This document shows positions 8,490 to 17,792 of a DNA stretch of 64,000 nt, in pieces; positions within the stretch are counted from its first letter, which is position 1, and the number at the start of each line of letters is the position of its first letter. The DNA lies in the NCBI GenBank assembly GCA_963727445.1, contig CAVSGI010000021.1:1-64000 (forward strand), written 5' to 3'. Origin of the DNA: an uncultured delta proteobacterium (lineage in GTDB: Bacteria; Myxococcota_A; Polyangia; Polyangiales; B10-G4). Below the pieces are notes generated by a model that saw only the letters and a list, made by a program, of their open reading frames with translations, was not told the origin of the DNA and searched no databases. The position numbers were made by a program, and so were the translations under genes.

Positions 8490-10268
8490 TCATGGACCCA
8501 CGAGCGCGCTCCTGAGAAGCACGAAACGCTGTCCGGAAGAGATCATGTCGTTGGTGCCGTCGCCGACGATGCTCCAGTACATGAGGTTGGTGCTGTCTCC
8601 GAGCGAAGTGTCTTCGAGCGTGTCCCCGGCCCCAAAAGGTGAGCAGGCCACCATCGATGGGTCCTCCCCCGGCCCACACGGGCGGAGCTGCTCGGTACTG
8701 TGGAAGAGACCGAGGTAGTGCCCAATCTGGTGAGCGAGGATCTGCCCAACCACCTGGCTGCCGGTCACGCCGGCGCCGACCACGGTCGGGTCGAAGGACG
8801 AGGCGATTCCGCTGTGCTCCGTACCGTGGATGCCCACCGGCCCGGGGACGCCACCAGCGATGCCGAGCGCGCGGGCCCCGCTGGTGGTGCCGGCGTCGAG
8901 CGCGCGGACGAGGAAGATGTTCAGCGCGCGGCCGGTGCGACCCGCGCTCAGACGGAAGAGGCCCGCGAGCTCACTGTCTGGGCCCTCCGTCGAGTCGATG
9001 ATCTGGTAGCGCGTCGCATCCGCGCCGGTGATGTCGAAGTACGAGACCGTGCCGAGGCTGATGCCCGCGCTGGCGAGGATCGACGAGAGACGGGCGAGCG
9101 CGCCTTGAACGCGGCTGTCCGTGCCGGCTGCTGCTGCCGACACGCCAACGCCGACGAGGAAGATGTTGAGGTCGAGGGTGCCGGAAGTCACCGAGCGACC
9201 GGGGGCACGCTTGATGAGCGCACTGAGCTCTACGGTCGTCATCCCCGGGTCGGGGTCGAACCGGGGGATCGGGGTGACCGTCCACTGGTAAGTGCCCCCA
9301 GGGAACGCGATCCGATCGGGCGTGCTGTTGGGCACCAACATGGTAATGGTGCTGCCACGATCGACGGGCAGCCACCGCTCGGCCTGGTCGCGCAAAGCGA
9401 GGATCTCGGACGCCTCGTACAAGGTCGTGTCGCGTGGATCGATCACGTTGCTGAAGGTCAGCTCGAGCGGGTCTCCGCCCGTGCGATGGGCCATGAGCGT
9501 GATCGAGACGGTGTCGGGGGGGACTGCGCAGTCGACGCTGCCATCCACCCCTGCGGCGAGCGTCATCACGCCGAGGTCGACTCGTTCGATCCTCGTCGCG
9601 TCTCCGAGCTCGGAGTAACCGCACCCCATGAAGGTCGCGCCACTCGCGCCAGCCCGTGTGAGCGAGGTGCAGATCTGACCGACCCTGCAGTCCCCATCAG
9701 CGCCACAGACGTCGGTGCATTGCCCCTCTTGGCAGGTGCGAGAAGCACACTGGTCGTCGCCGTCGCACGCGTGCGCGCTCGGGAAGCTCCCTCCGGGCAC
9801 CGGCAGGCAGGTGGGCGAGACGGTGTCGGCAATCGTGTCGCCGTTCGAGTCCGTTGGCCACGCGCTGCACGCAGTGTCGACCTCGGTGAGCGCGATGCAA
9901 TCGCCCGTGCGAGTGCAGACGAGCGAACAGAACCCTCCGAGCTCGTCTGGGAGGCATACTCCCCCCGCACAATCGACGTCGTCGGTGCAGGGCGCTCCGA
10001 GGGGGAGGCTGTGACTCGCATCCGAGGAGTCCGAGGAGAGGCCCGCGTCCGAGGAGGCGCCCGTGTCCGAGAGGTCCGCGTCCGAGGAGGCGCCCGAGTC
10101 CGTCGGCGCCGTCACGCAGCGGCCTTCGCTACAGATCTGGCCGGCGCTGCAGTCGGTTGACGTTGTGCATTCCGGGCTGTCGGAGGTGCCACAGGCCCCG
10201 ACCAACAAGACGCAGACCACGACGTAGGACGAAGAAGGAAAGAAGTGCACGCGGCCGACAGCATACAC
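8490..10268 (-). CDS. Cys-rich lipoprotein with metzincin-like C-terminal domain (HQxxH variant)
   Basis: LLVGAC lipobox, CxxxxDC repeats, AHQIGHYLGLFH and NLMY Met-turn; start uncertain. Confidence 0.75.
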   Translation of the reverse strand: MYAVGRVHFFPSSSYVVVCVLLVGACGTSDSPECTTSTDCSAGQICSEGRCVTAPTDSGASSDADLSDTGASSDAGLSSDSSDASHSLPLGAPCTDDVDCAGGVCLPDELGGFCSLVCTRTGDCIALTEVDTACSAWPTDSNGDTIADTVSPTCLPVPGGSFPSAHACDGDDQCASRTCQEGQCTDVCGADGDCRVGQICTSLTRAGASGATFMGCGYSELGDATRIERVDLGVMTLAAGVDGSVDCAVPPDTVSITLMAHRTGGDPLELTFSNVIDPRDTTLYEASEILALRDQAERWLPVDRGSTITMLVPNSTPDRIAFPGGTYQWTVTPIPRFDPDPGMTTVELSALIKRAPGRSVTSGTLDLNIFLVGVGVSAAAAGTDSRVQGALARLSSILASAGISLGTVSYFDITGADATRYQIIDSTEGPDSELAGLFRLSAGRTGRALNIFLVRALDAGTTSGARALGIAGGVPGPVGIHGTEHSGIASSFDPTVVGAGVTGSQVVGQILAHQIGHYLGLFHSTEQLRPCGPGEDPSMVACSPFGAGDTLEDTSLGDSTNLMYWSIVGDGTNDMISSGQRFVLLRSALVGP

Positions 10269-10357
10269 TGCTGCGATACATCGACGGCTTCTACAACCCC
10301 ATTCGGCGCCACTCGGCGCTCGGATACCTCAGCCCCATCGACTTCGAGCGTCAGCAG
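10268..10357 (+). pseudogene. IS3-family transposase C-terminal remnant
   Basis: YIDGFYNPIRRHSALGYLSPIDFE. Confidence 0.85.
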
Positions 10358-10426
10358 CTCCGGTTTCCAGCCTCCACCGAAGCCAACCCCTTCACCGGAC
10401 GCCCGAGTTTCGCAGTAGGTATGATC
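10358..10426 (-). repeat. R1 half copy D
   Basis: CTCCGGTTTCCAGCCTCCACCGAAGCCAACCCCTTCACCGGACGCCCGAGTTTCGCAGTAGGTATGATC. Confidence 0.85.
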
Positions 10427-10694
10427 AATGCGCGGACTCCCAGAAGACCCAGCGCGAGATGTCCGCGCGCTCGCGCGGCTCCCGCGACCAAAGCCGATCT
10501 TCCCCGTGCGCCTCGCTCGCGTACAAGAGGATCGCGTTCGACTCCCAGAGGACGAAGTCGCCATCGACCAGCGTGGGCACTTTCCCCCAGGGGTTCTTGG
10601 CGAGGAACTCGGGGGCGCGCCCTTCGCCCCGATAGACGTTCACCTCCACGATCTCCGGGGTGAGCCCGAGCTCGTGGCAGGTGGCGACGACCTT
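10427..10694 (-). pseudogene. Internal fragment of a glutathione S-transferase
   Basis: KVVATCHELGL...PEFLAKNPWGKVPTLVDGDFVLWESNAILLY; truncated at both ends. Confidence 0.85.
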
Positions 10695-10990
10695 AACAGG
10701 CGGCGAGGGCTGTGAGATCGGCGCGAGCGAAATCCAAGTTCATGGGTGGACTCTACCCGACGCATCCACTAGCGACACGGCTGCACCGTGGGGTCGGGCG
10801 AGAAGACCTGAGGATCGATCTCTACGACCTCGCCGACGGACGTCGCCGCACGTTCCGCTCGCCGCCTGGAGCTTCGATGGTAATGGACCTGCTGTACGTA
10901 ACTTCGGAGGAAATGCTGCTCGATGGTCGCTTCAACACTCGGAAGGCGCTCTTCCGAATGCAGCTTTCCAGCGTCCCTTACGTCGAGTAG
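10695..10990 (+). pseudogene. 3' fragment of an unknown protein
   Basis: Protein-like stretch ending [17 protein letters not shown] without a convincing start. Confidence 0.35.
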
Positions 10991-11033
10991 TGGGCGGGCA
11001 TGCGAAGCCTTGCAGCCTGGCGCATGTCGAAGG

Positions 11034-11393
<360 letters not shown>

Positions 11394-11665
11394 GCCGCCC
11401 CTCTCCGACCCGGCGGGGACGTCGTTCACTTTTGACGCAACCCAGGCGAGCGCGATCGAACGCGGGTCGTTGCCAGATCGCGCGACCCGCGCAGGTCAAA
11501 AGTGCACTGCGTCCCCTTCCAACGTCCTTGGGGGAGACGCACGGATTCGGATTCGGAATGCGATGCGGGGCGGCAATCGCCGCAAGCACTTCGACATCGC
11601 GCGGGCTCGACCCAGGAAGTGAGGGTCGCGCTCGAGACGGCGGCGGCGCTCGGGCGGGGGCGATC

Positions 11666-11749
11666 GGGGACGGTTCGAACTTCCGTAACGGACCGTCCCC
11701 AGACGCCCTGTCCAGACGCCTCTCCGTTGCGGAAGTTCGGACCGTCCCC
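11666..11749. repeat. R2 REP/REPIN-like inverted repeat
   Basis: GGGGACGGTTCGAACTTCCGTAACGGA ... TCCGTTGCGGAAGTTCGGACCGTCCCC. Confidence 0.8.
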
Positions 11750-11818
11750 AGACGCCTCGGGCAAGTGCCACGTCCACTGGCGTCGACTCGATGCGTTTCG
11801 ACGATGTACGATGCGGCG

Positions 11819-12487
11819 ATGCCTGGTCGCAAGCGTGAGGCGAGCTCGCTCGCCGTCGACCGCATCGAGTCCAAGCTCGAGAAGCTGCGCGCCAAGGACA
11901 AGCGCCTCTCGGTGTTCGGCGCATCTGCGCATCGATACGTGCTCCACCCACCGCTCGCCGAGAAGACGGTCGCCGCGTTCGAGCGCAAGTGGCACATCAC
12001 GTTACCGGACGACTACCGGCGCTTCCTGGTCGAGGTCGGCAACGGTGGCGCGGGTCCTGCGTACGGCGTCTTCAAGCTCGGGGAGGAGGACGCGGGCTTC
12101 GGTCACCGCAAGTGGAAGCACCTCATCGACGATCCATCGAAGCCCTTCCGCCACGCGCGAGCGTGGAATCTGCCTGCCGCGGTGCGGAAGAAGCAGCCGG
12201 ACCCAAAGGGGATGACGCCCGAGGAGGAAGACGAGGCATGGAGCGCTTGGGGCGCGCTCGTACACGAGCAGTACAGAGGGCTCATGGACGGCGCGATCCC
12301 GATTTGTCATCTCGGGTGTGCCCTTCGCCAGTGGCTCGTGGTCACCGGTCCACGCGCCGGAGAGGTCTGGAACGACGACCGGGCCGACGAGCGGGGCATC
12401 GCGCCGCTCACGAAGAACCGCCATCGTGTCACCTTCGCGGAGTGGTACGAGGGATGGCTCGACGCGAGCCTCCGTCGCCGCCTCTGA
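11819..12487 (+). CDS. SMI1/KNR4 (SUKH) family immunity-type protein
   Basis: AFERKWHITLPDDYRRFLVEVGNGGAGP, ICHLGC, LVVTGPRAGEVW, TFAEWYEGWLD. Confidence 0.85.
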   Translation: MPGRKREASSLAVDRIESKLEKLRAKDKRLSVFGASAHRYVLHPPLAEKTVAAFERKWHITLPDDYRRFLVEVGNGGAGPAYGVFKLGEEDAGFGHRKWKHLIDDPSKPFRHARAWNLPAAVRKKQPDPKGMTPEEEDEAWSAWGALVHEQYRGLMDGAIPICHLGCALRQWLVVTGPRAGEVWNDDRADERGIAPLTKNRHRVTFAEWYEGWLDASLRRRL

Positions 12488-12621
12488 AGGAGCGGGCCAC
12501 GGGGCGAGCCCGCCGACGCGCGAGCGTGACCCGTCAGGCGCCGTGCTTGCGCAGCGCCGCCTTGATGGTGGGTGGTAGCGACTCGAGCGTGGCGTCATCG
12601 CGGAAGCGTTCGAGGGCAGGT

Positions 12622-12683
12622 CTCCGGTTTCCAGGCCTCCACGGAAGCCAACCCCTTCACCGGACGCCCGAGTTTCCGAGAAG
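12622..12683 (-). repeat. R1 half copy E
   Basis: CTCCGGTTTCCAGGCCTCCACGGAAGCCAACCCCTTCACCGGACGCCCGAGTTTCCGAGAAG. Confidence 0.85.
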
Positions 12684-12949
12684 TAGGAGTGTTCCGTCGC
12701 GCGCGCCCGATGGCGGAGCTGTGCAGGGAGCGGTGGCTGCGCGCTCGACGGAACACAGTTTGAGCCAAGCCCAGTCGACGGGGGGGCTATGGGGAAGTCA
12801 TGCGACGGAGAGACCGCTGGGCGTCCAAGCGGCGTGGAAAGTACGGCGGCCAATGACGCGGAAGAGCGCGCTGCGGGGGTATGAAGGTTGGCGGCGAATG
12901 CACGCACGGGTGGTTGAGGACGGACCGGTACGTCTCCGGGTCGTGCCGT

Positions 12950-13073
12950 CCGAGCGCCTGAAGTCCAGCTCGGCGGCCAGATCGTCGGGCAAGATGGTCT
13001 TCCATTCCTCGATCGCGGTCGGCATGAACGCCAACCAATCCTTGAACCGAGAGTACTTTTCGTCAGGTGTCAC
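12950..13073 (-). pseudogene. Possible 5' fragment of a gene following the immunity-like gene
   Basis: GTG-TPDEKYSRFKDWLAFMPTAIEEWKTILPDDLAAELDF, after which the sequence stops looking protein-like. Confidence 0.4.
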
Positions 13074-13084
13074 GGTGCCCTGTG

Positions 13085-13492
13085 TCAGGTGTCGTTGGTC
13101 TCGGGGAAGGCTTGGCCCAGCAGGATCTGCCGCGCATTCTCCGTGTTCGCGGGGGTGATGCGCCAGCGCTTCTCGTCCTGGAACTCGAAGTAGATTCGAA
13201 GCGCCTTGTCCGCGCGGCGCACCGCAGCGAGGCACTTGATCCACGGCTTTCCGTCGTCGCCCGCGGTGATTTCGCGCAGCCGGAAGAAGGCCTGACCCGT
13301 CGGGCGCTGCTCCAGACCCATGTCGAGGGTTATCCGGGTGTTTCCGTTGTAGCGGAAGACCTCGCCCCCGTAGCTGCTCCCGTCCCTCGTCTCGAACACC
13401 CAGCCCGCATAGTCCCACTCTTCGCCGTCGGAGTTGGCGCGCCGCAGGATCGCTCCTCCGATTTGGTGCACGAGATCGGTCTTGTTTGCCAT
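13085..13492 (-). CDS. Small hypothetical protein, immunity-protein-like
   Basis: 135 aa; PWxxC...FEFQDEKRWRITPAN pattern recalls toxin-associated immunity proteins; family not verified. Confidence 0.55.
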   Translation of the reverse strand: MANKTDLVHQIGGAILRRANSDGEEWDYAGWVFETRDGSSYGGEVFRYNGNTRITLDMGLEQRPTGQAFFRLREITAGDDGKPWIKCLAAVRRADKALRIYFEFQDEKRWRITPANTENARQILLGQAFPETNDT

Positions 13493-13795
13493 CTGATCAG
13501 CTCTTTCTTCGATGCGTCAGGCCGGAGGTCTCATCGCCGGGTGGCGAAACGCCGCCCACGGTGGCGAGACGCCGCGGGGTCGGAAGCTCCTCGGATCCGC
13601 CTCGGACGGCAGGGGTGCTGGTTGCGAAAGCGGTGATGGTGGCGAACGGGGGGCCTGGAGGTCAACGCGCAGTCCACGGATGGTGCGGGACCGGCGTCTC
13701 CACGCGCCGGGTGCCGTCATCCACGCGCCGAGCACCGTCGCCGTGCACGCGCCGGCGCCTTCCGCAGCGCCGGGTCGTTCGGCTAGACTTTCCGC

Positions 13796-14206
13796 ATGGG
13801 GCGATGGGGCCGATTCGCGCTCGCGGCGATGATGACGTTCGCCGTTTGCTCGGGTGCGGAGGCTCAGGACTCAGGCGGAACCGAGCCCGCCTGGGGACTC
13901 GTGATTACTGGCGGCTCGTTCTTCATCACGGCCTACGCTGGCGCCGTGGGGGTGGCCTTCGTCGACTCCGTGGATCCTGTCTCCGCCGTTCCGCTCGTGG
14001 GGCCCTGGATTGCTCCCGAAGAGCTCCCGAGCGAGGACGGACTCCTGAAGGGCGCGCTGGGCTTGTGGGGTGCGATGCAAGCCGCGGCGGCCTTCTTGAT
14101 CATCGCTGGTCTCCTCACGCGGCGTACACGGCGGCACCGTGAAATCTCGCTGAGTCCGTATGCCTCGGATGACGGAGCCGGGGTCGTCGTTCGTGGGTGC
14201 CTTTAG
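13796..14206 (+). CDS. Hypothetical secreted/membrane protein
   Basis: Signal peptide, VPLVGPWIA, two hydrophobic segments. Confidence 0.6.
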   Translation: MGRWGRFALAAMMTFAVCSGAEAQDSGGTEPAWGLVITGGSFFITAYAGAVGVAFVDSVDPVSAVPLVGPWIAPEELPSEDGLLKGALGLWGAMQAAAAFLIIAGLLTRRTRRHREISLSPYASDDGAGVVVRGCL

Positions 14207-14349
14207 TCCTGCGGTTGCGAGGCGCACGTGCACGACATCTAGAACGAGCTCGACGGCGGACCGAACCGTCGATGTCACGTCAGCCCGCGAAGCTCGGTCC
14301 GTCCGCCGCGTTCGGCGGGTCACGCGTCCGGGTCGAGCCAGCGCAATCT

Positions 14350-14396
14350 TGGAGCCACCTGCCAGATTTGAACTGGCGACCTACGGTTTACGAAAC
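14350..14396 (-). pseudogene. 3' half of tRNA-Thr(CGT), probable att scar
   Basis: Minus strand GTTTCGTAAACCGTAGGTCGCCAGTTCAAATCTGGCAGGTGGCTCCA: anticodon loop, T-arm, acceptor 3' strand and CCA; no D-arm. Confidence 0.85.
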
Positions 14397-14492
14397 GTGT
14401 CGCGGGGCGAATGATTTCGGGACGTTGAGTGGCGTGTTGCCCGATGTTGCCCACCACGAGCGCTGCGATGCGGCGCACGGTACTCTGAACGT

Positions 14493-14921
14493 ATGGCCGG
14501 CCCGTTCGCATCGGAGCGCGCTCGCGACCAACTCGCTCGCATCCTCGCGCACGTGAGCTTTCCGGGGCTCGGGTTGATTCTCGATCGGGAAGGGTGCGTC
14601 GTTGCGGCTCATGGCAGCGCGCCAGGGACCACCGTGCAGCAGGTGGCGGACGTCTTCGGAGCGAGGCGCAATGCGCCGATCCGGGCGGAGGGCGCCGTAG
14701 TCGGGGAGCGCTATCGCGTTCACCGTCGCGAGCTGCCAGCGGGATACTTCCTACTCATAGCCGTGCCCTGCGACGTCGCGATTCGCGACGATCGACTCGA
14801 CCGGGCGGTCGAGCTGCTCGAGCGCATGCTCGTTGTCGGTGCGCTGATGGATCCGGGTGCGGGAAACTCGGGGAGCGGGGCGCCTGCGTTGGTTGGCTTG
14901 GACATCGAGCGCGACCAGTAA
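14493..14921 (+). CDS. Hypothetical protein
   Basis: 142-aa ATG ORF with protein-like composition. Confidence 0.45.
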   Translation: MAGPFASERARDQLARILAHVSFPGLGLILDREGCVVAAHGSAPGTTVQQVADVFGARRNAPIRAEGAVVGERYRVHRRELPAGYFLLIAVPCDVAIRDDRLDRAVELLERMLVVGALMDPGAGNSGSGAPALVGLDIERDQ

Positions 14922-14990
14922 TGCCCTTCCCACTCGAACTCCAGTACGTACACGCGACAGAAGAGAAGCTTGGACAGGACCGGATAAGGT

Positions 14991-15084
14991 GGGGACGGTC
15001 CGAACTTCCGTGACGCCGGTACCAAGACGATTCGTCGCCGACGATTTCCCCGCGGCCGCGTGACGGAAGTTCGATCCGTCCCCC
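14991..15084. repeat. R2 REP/REPIN-like inverted repeat
   Basis: GGGGACGGTCCGAACTTCCGTGACG ... CGTGACGGAAGTTCGATCCGTCCCC. Confidence 0.8.
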
Positions 15085-15088
15085 GGCA

Positions 15089-15250
15089 CTCCGCGGCCTG
15101 CGCGACGTGGTGCTCGAGGGCAACGGGTCCTCGCTGCGGACGATGACGATGAACGAGGCGAATGGCGACACGACGGTGACGACGTTTCGCGATGTGAACG
15201 CGCGGCGGCGGTTTAGTGCGGCGGAGATGGCGCGGGTGTTTCGGTTGTGA
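15089..15250 (+). pseudogene. 3' fragment of a LolA-like protein
   Basis: LRDVVLEGNGSSLRTMTMNEANGDTTVTTFRDVNARRRFS...F-stop; abuts R2. Confidence 0.6.
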
Positions 15251-15307
15251 CCGTACTGTTTCGGCGGCCGCGCTCGGGCTGCGAGCAGCGTCGCGTTACG
15301 CCCGCAG

Positions 15308-15703
15308 TCAGCCGGGGACCTTCGGAACCTCGATCGCGAGGTCGGGCTCGTTGTGGAAGAAGGTGATCTGGACGGTGCCGGCCACGGACTCCCGTCGCTG
15401 CTCGTCGGTGAGCCCGACTAGGGCGGCGCGAGCCTCCTCGAGCACCTGATCGGCGTGCGTGTGGAGGGAGAGGCCTTCGACCGTCTTCAGGGCGAGGACG
15501 AGCTCGGGGACGCGCGCGCGGATCGTCTCCACGTTCAGGACGAGCGACTTGTTCGAGAATTGGTGGACGTCGATGATGAAGGCGTGCGCGGCGTGGATCG
15601 CTGCCTGGACGCGTGCCGTGAGCGCGTGCCGCTCCTCGCGCGTGTCGGCGTTCAGCCGGAAGTGCGGCTGTGGGATCGGCCAATATGGTCGCTCGGCGCT
15701 CAA
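15308..15703 (-). CDS. Hypothetical protein
   Basis: 131 aa; DVHQFSN and ITFFHNEPDLAIEVPKVPG look like a conserved family. Confidence 0.6.
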   Translation of the reverse strand: MSAERPYWPIPQPHFRLNADTREERHALTARVQAAIHAAHAFIIDVHQFSNKSLVLNVETIRARVPELVLALKTVEGLSLHTHADQVLEEARAALVGLTDEQRRESVAGTVQITFFHNEPDLAIEVPKVPG

Positions 15704-15723
15704 CGGACATCACGTTAGCACCA

Positions 15724-15848
15724 CTCCGGTTTCCAGCCTCCACGGAAGCCAACGCCTTCACCGGACGCCCGAGTTTCGCGGTAGGCATGATCTGTCGACT
15801 GGCGTCCCGGCTGAGACGAAGCGGAGACCGTTCATGATAGCAATTCGC
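15724..15848 (-). repeat. R1 full copy F (no IS)
   Basis: CTCCGGTTTCCAGCC...CCGGACGCCCGAGTTTCGCGGTAGGCATGATCTGTCGACT-[hairpin]-GAGACCGTTCATGATAGCAATTCGC. Confidence 0.85.
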
Positions 15849-15861
15849 GCGCGATCAGTTT

Positions 15862-16232
15862 CCCCGGGAAAAGGAAGCGCGCGTGAACTCACCCGCCGCC
15901 GTCTGGTCCTGCGTCGGCGGGCTCGGTGCGTTCGCATTCGCGGAAGAGGCCGTCCATCTCAGACGATTCGTCGCCGACGATTTCCCCGCGGCCGCGTGAC
16001 GGAAGTTCGATCCGTCCCCCGGCCCCCCGCGGCCGCGTGACGGAAGTTCGATCCGTCCCCCGGCCCCCCCCCGGGAAAAGGAAGCGCGCGTGAACTCACC
16101 CGCCGCCGTCTGGTCCTGCGTCGGCGGGCTCGGTGCATTCGCATTCGCGGAAGAGGCCGTCCATCTCAGACGATTCGTCGCCGACGATTTCCCCGCGGCC
16201 GCGTGACGGAAGTTCGATCCGTCCCCCGGCCC
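15862..16232. repeat. Tandem duplication (two ~165-bp units, period 207) containing three R2 right arms
   Basis: 15862-16026 versus 16069-16232 differ by one base seen; an extra ~42-bp R2 arm lies between. Confidence 0.85.
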
Positions 16233-16439
16233 TCGTCCCCCGGCCCTGAAGTACCGGTCGAACACCTCCCCGCGCGCCGCGTACTCGTCTGGACTTCCCG
16301 GATCCGGAGCGCAGTGGTCGGGCGCGCATCGGACCTCGCCGTCCACGCCCTTGCGATACCAGCGAGGCTTCGCGGCGCTGCGGTCTGCGAGATGTCGTCG
16401 CACTTTCATCTGGTGACCTACGACCGCTTGGGTAGTTGG

Positions 16440-17405
16440 TCAGGCGTCGGCCCAACTGGACGTGTCGCGCCCTTCGGGTATCACCCGGCCGCTCATCAAC
16501 GGGTCCCAGGTGGCGAAGATCTCGATGAGGAACTCCCACAGCGCCCGGACGCGCGCGACTCGGCGCAGGTCGCCCGGCATCAGCATCCAGATGTCCACCG
16601 ACTCGAGGATGTCCGGGGGTGAGATGCGGATCAGGTCCGGGTAGCGCAGCGCGACGAAAGTGGGGAGGGCGACGAGGCCGTAGCCCGCTTCACCCGCTCC
16701 GGCGATTGCGAGGATGCTTCCGCAGCGCATGGCCACCTGCACGCCGGATTCGGCCGCCGCGTGCGCCCAAGCGCTGCCGGGAAGGTGGCTCGCCTGCTCG
16801 AGCGGTGCGACGATGCGGTGGCCTTCGAGCTCGAGCGCGCTCGGGGGACAGCCGGCTTCCTCGAGGTAGCTGCGAGACGCCCAGACCGCCATCCCCGCGG
16901 CGCCGATGCGGCGGGTCACGATCTCGATCCGCTCTTCGACGACGCCCGGGCCGGCGCCCGGAAGGCGAGGTCGAACGGCGATGTCGGCTTCGCCGCGGCT
17001 CAGATCGACCAACGCGTCGGCCGTGTGGAGCTCGAGCGAGATGTCGGGATGCGACCGGCGGAACGAGGCGAGGTGCTCGATGACGAACGCGAAGGCGAAC
17101 GCCTGTGAGATCGCGAGCGACACACTCCCGGCGAGGCGCACGTCTTCGCCAGCGATGGAGCGCTCGATGAGCTGGGCCTGACGCTCGATGAGCTCGCTCG
17201 GCTCGAGCATGGCCTCGGCCGCCGCGGTCGGGACCAGCCCGTCCGGAGTTCGGGTGAACAGGCGCGCGCCCATCTCCTGCTCGAGCGACTCGAGTCTGCG
17301 CGCGGTGGTCGTGGCGTTGACGCCGAGGATGCGCCCCGCGCCCGCGAAGCTGCCCGCGCGCTGCAGCGCCAGAAACACCCTGAGATGGTCCCATTGAAGA
17401 GGCAT
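16440..17405 (-). CDS. LysR-family regulator
   Basis: WDHLRVFLAL...GSFAGAGRILGVNATTTARRLESLE..LFTR; VDLSRGEADIAVR. Confidence 0.92.
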   Translation of the reverse strand: MPLQWDHLRVFLALQRAGSFAGAGRILGVNATTTARRLESLEQEMGARLFTRTPDGLVPTAAAEAMLEPSELIERQAQLIERSIAGEDVRLAGSVSLAISQAFAFAFVIEHLASFRRSHPDISLELHTADALVDLSRGEADIAVRPRLPGAGPGVVEERIEIVTRRIGAAGMAVWASRSYLEEAGCPPSALELEGHRIVAPLEQASHLPGSAWAHAAAESGVQVAMRCGSILAIAGAGEAGYGLVALPTFVALRYPDLIRISPPDILESVDIWMLMPGDLRRVARVRALWEFLIEIFATWDPLMSGRVIPEGRDTSSWADA

Positions 17406-17478
17406 GCAAAAACGCAGGGTATGCTGCGGTATCTCGTATTTACCATGCGTATCCGCATGGGGCATCTTCGAAATCACG

Positions 17479-17751
17479 ATGGATGCCACGGTCATCGGCC
17501 GCTTCGAGGTTCGCAGTTTCGACACCTGGCGCACGGCCTTCGAGCGCCACGCCGAGGCCCGCCGCGGGGCCGGGCTGAAGGGCGCGACCATCTACCGCGA
17601 CCAGAGCTCCCCGAACCTGATCTTCCTGGTCCTCGAGTGGTCGACGGAAGAGGGCGCGAGGGCGTGGGTCGAGGACGTCCAGCACAAGGCCCGAATGATG
17701 ACCGCGGGCGTGGTCGGCATCCCCGAGTTTCGGTTCGTCCGCCAGGCGTGA
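17479..17751 (+). CDS. Small dimeric alpha/beta-barrel (ABM-like) protein
   Basis: VRSFDTWRTAFE...AGVVGIP. Confidence 0.65.
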   Translation: MDATVIGRFEVRSFDTWRTAFERHAEARRGAGLKGATIYRDQSSPNLIFLVLEWSTEEGARAWVEDVQHKARMMTAGVVGIPEFRFVRQA

Positions 17752-17792
17752 CGGACCACCAAGCGAACAGACAGAGAATGAGGAGAATAACG

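Noticed and set aside
14350..14425. Functional tRNA-Thr
   Set aside because: The 5' acceptor strand and D-arm are absent
15862..16290. CRISPR array
   Set aside because: The intervening sequences are themselves duplicated, spacing is irregular, and no cas genes are visible
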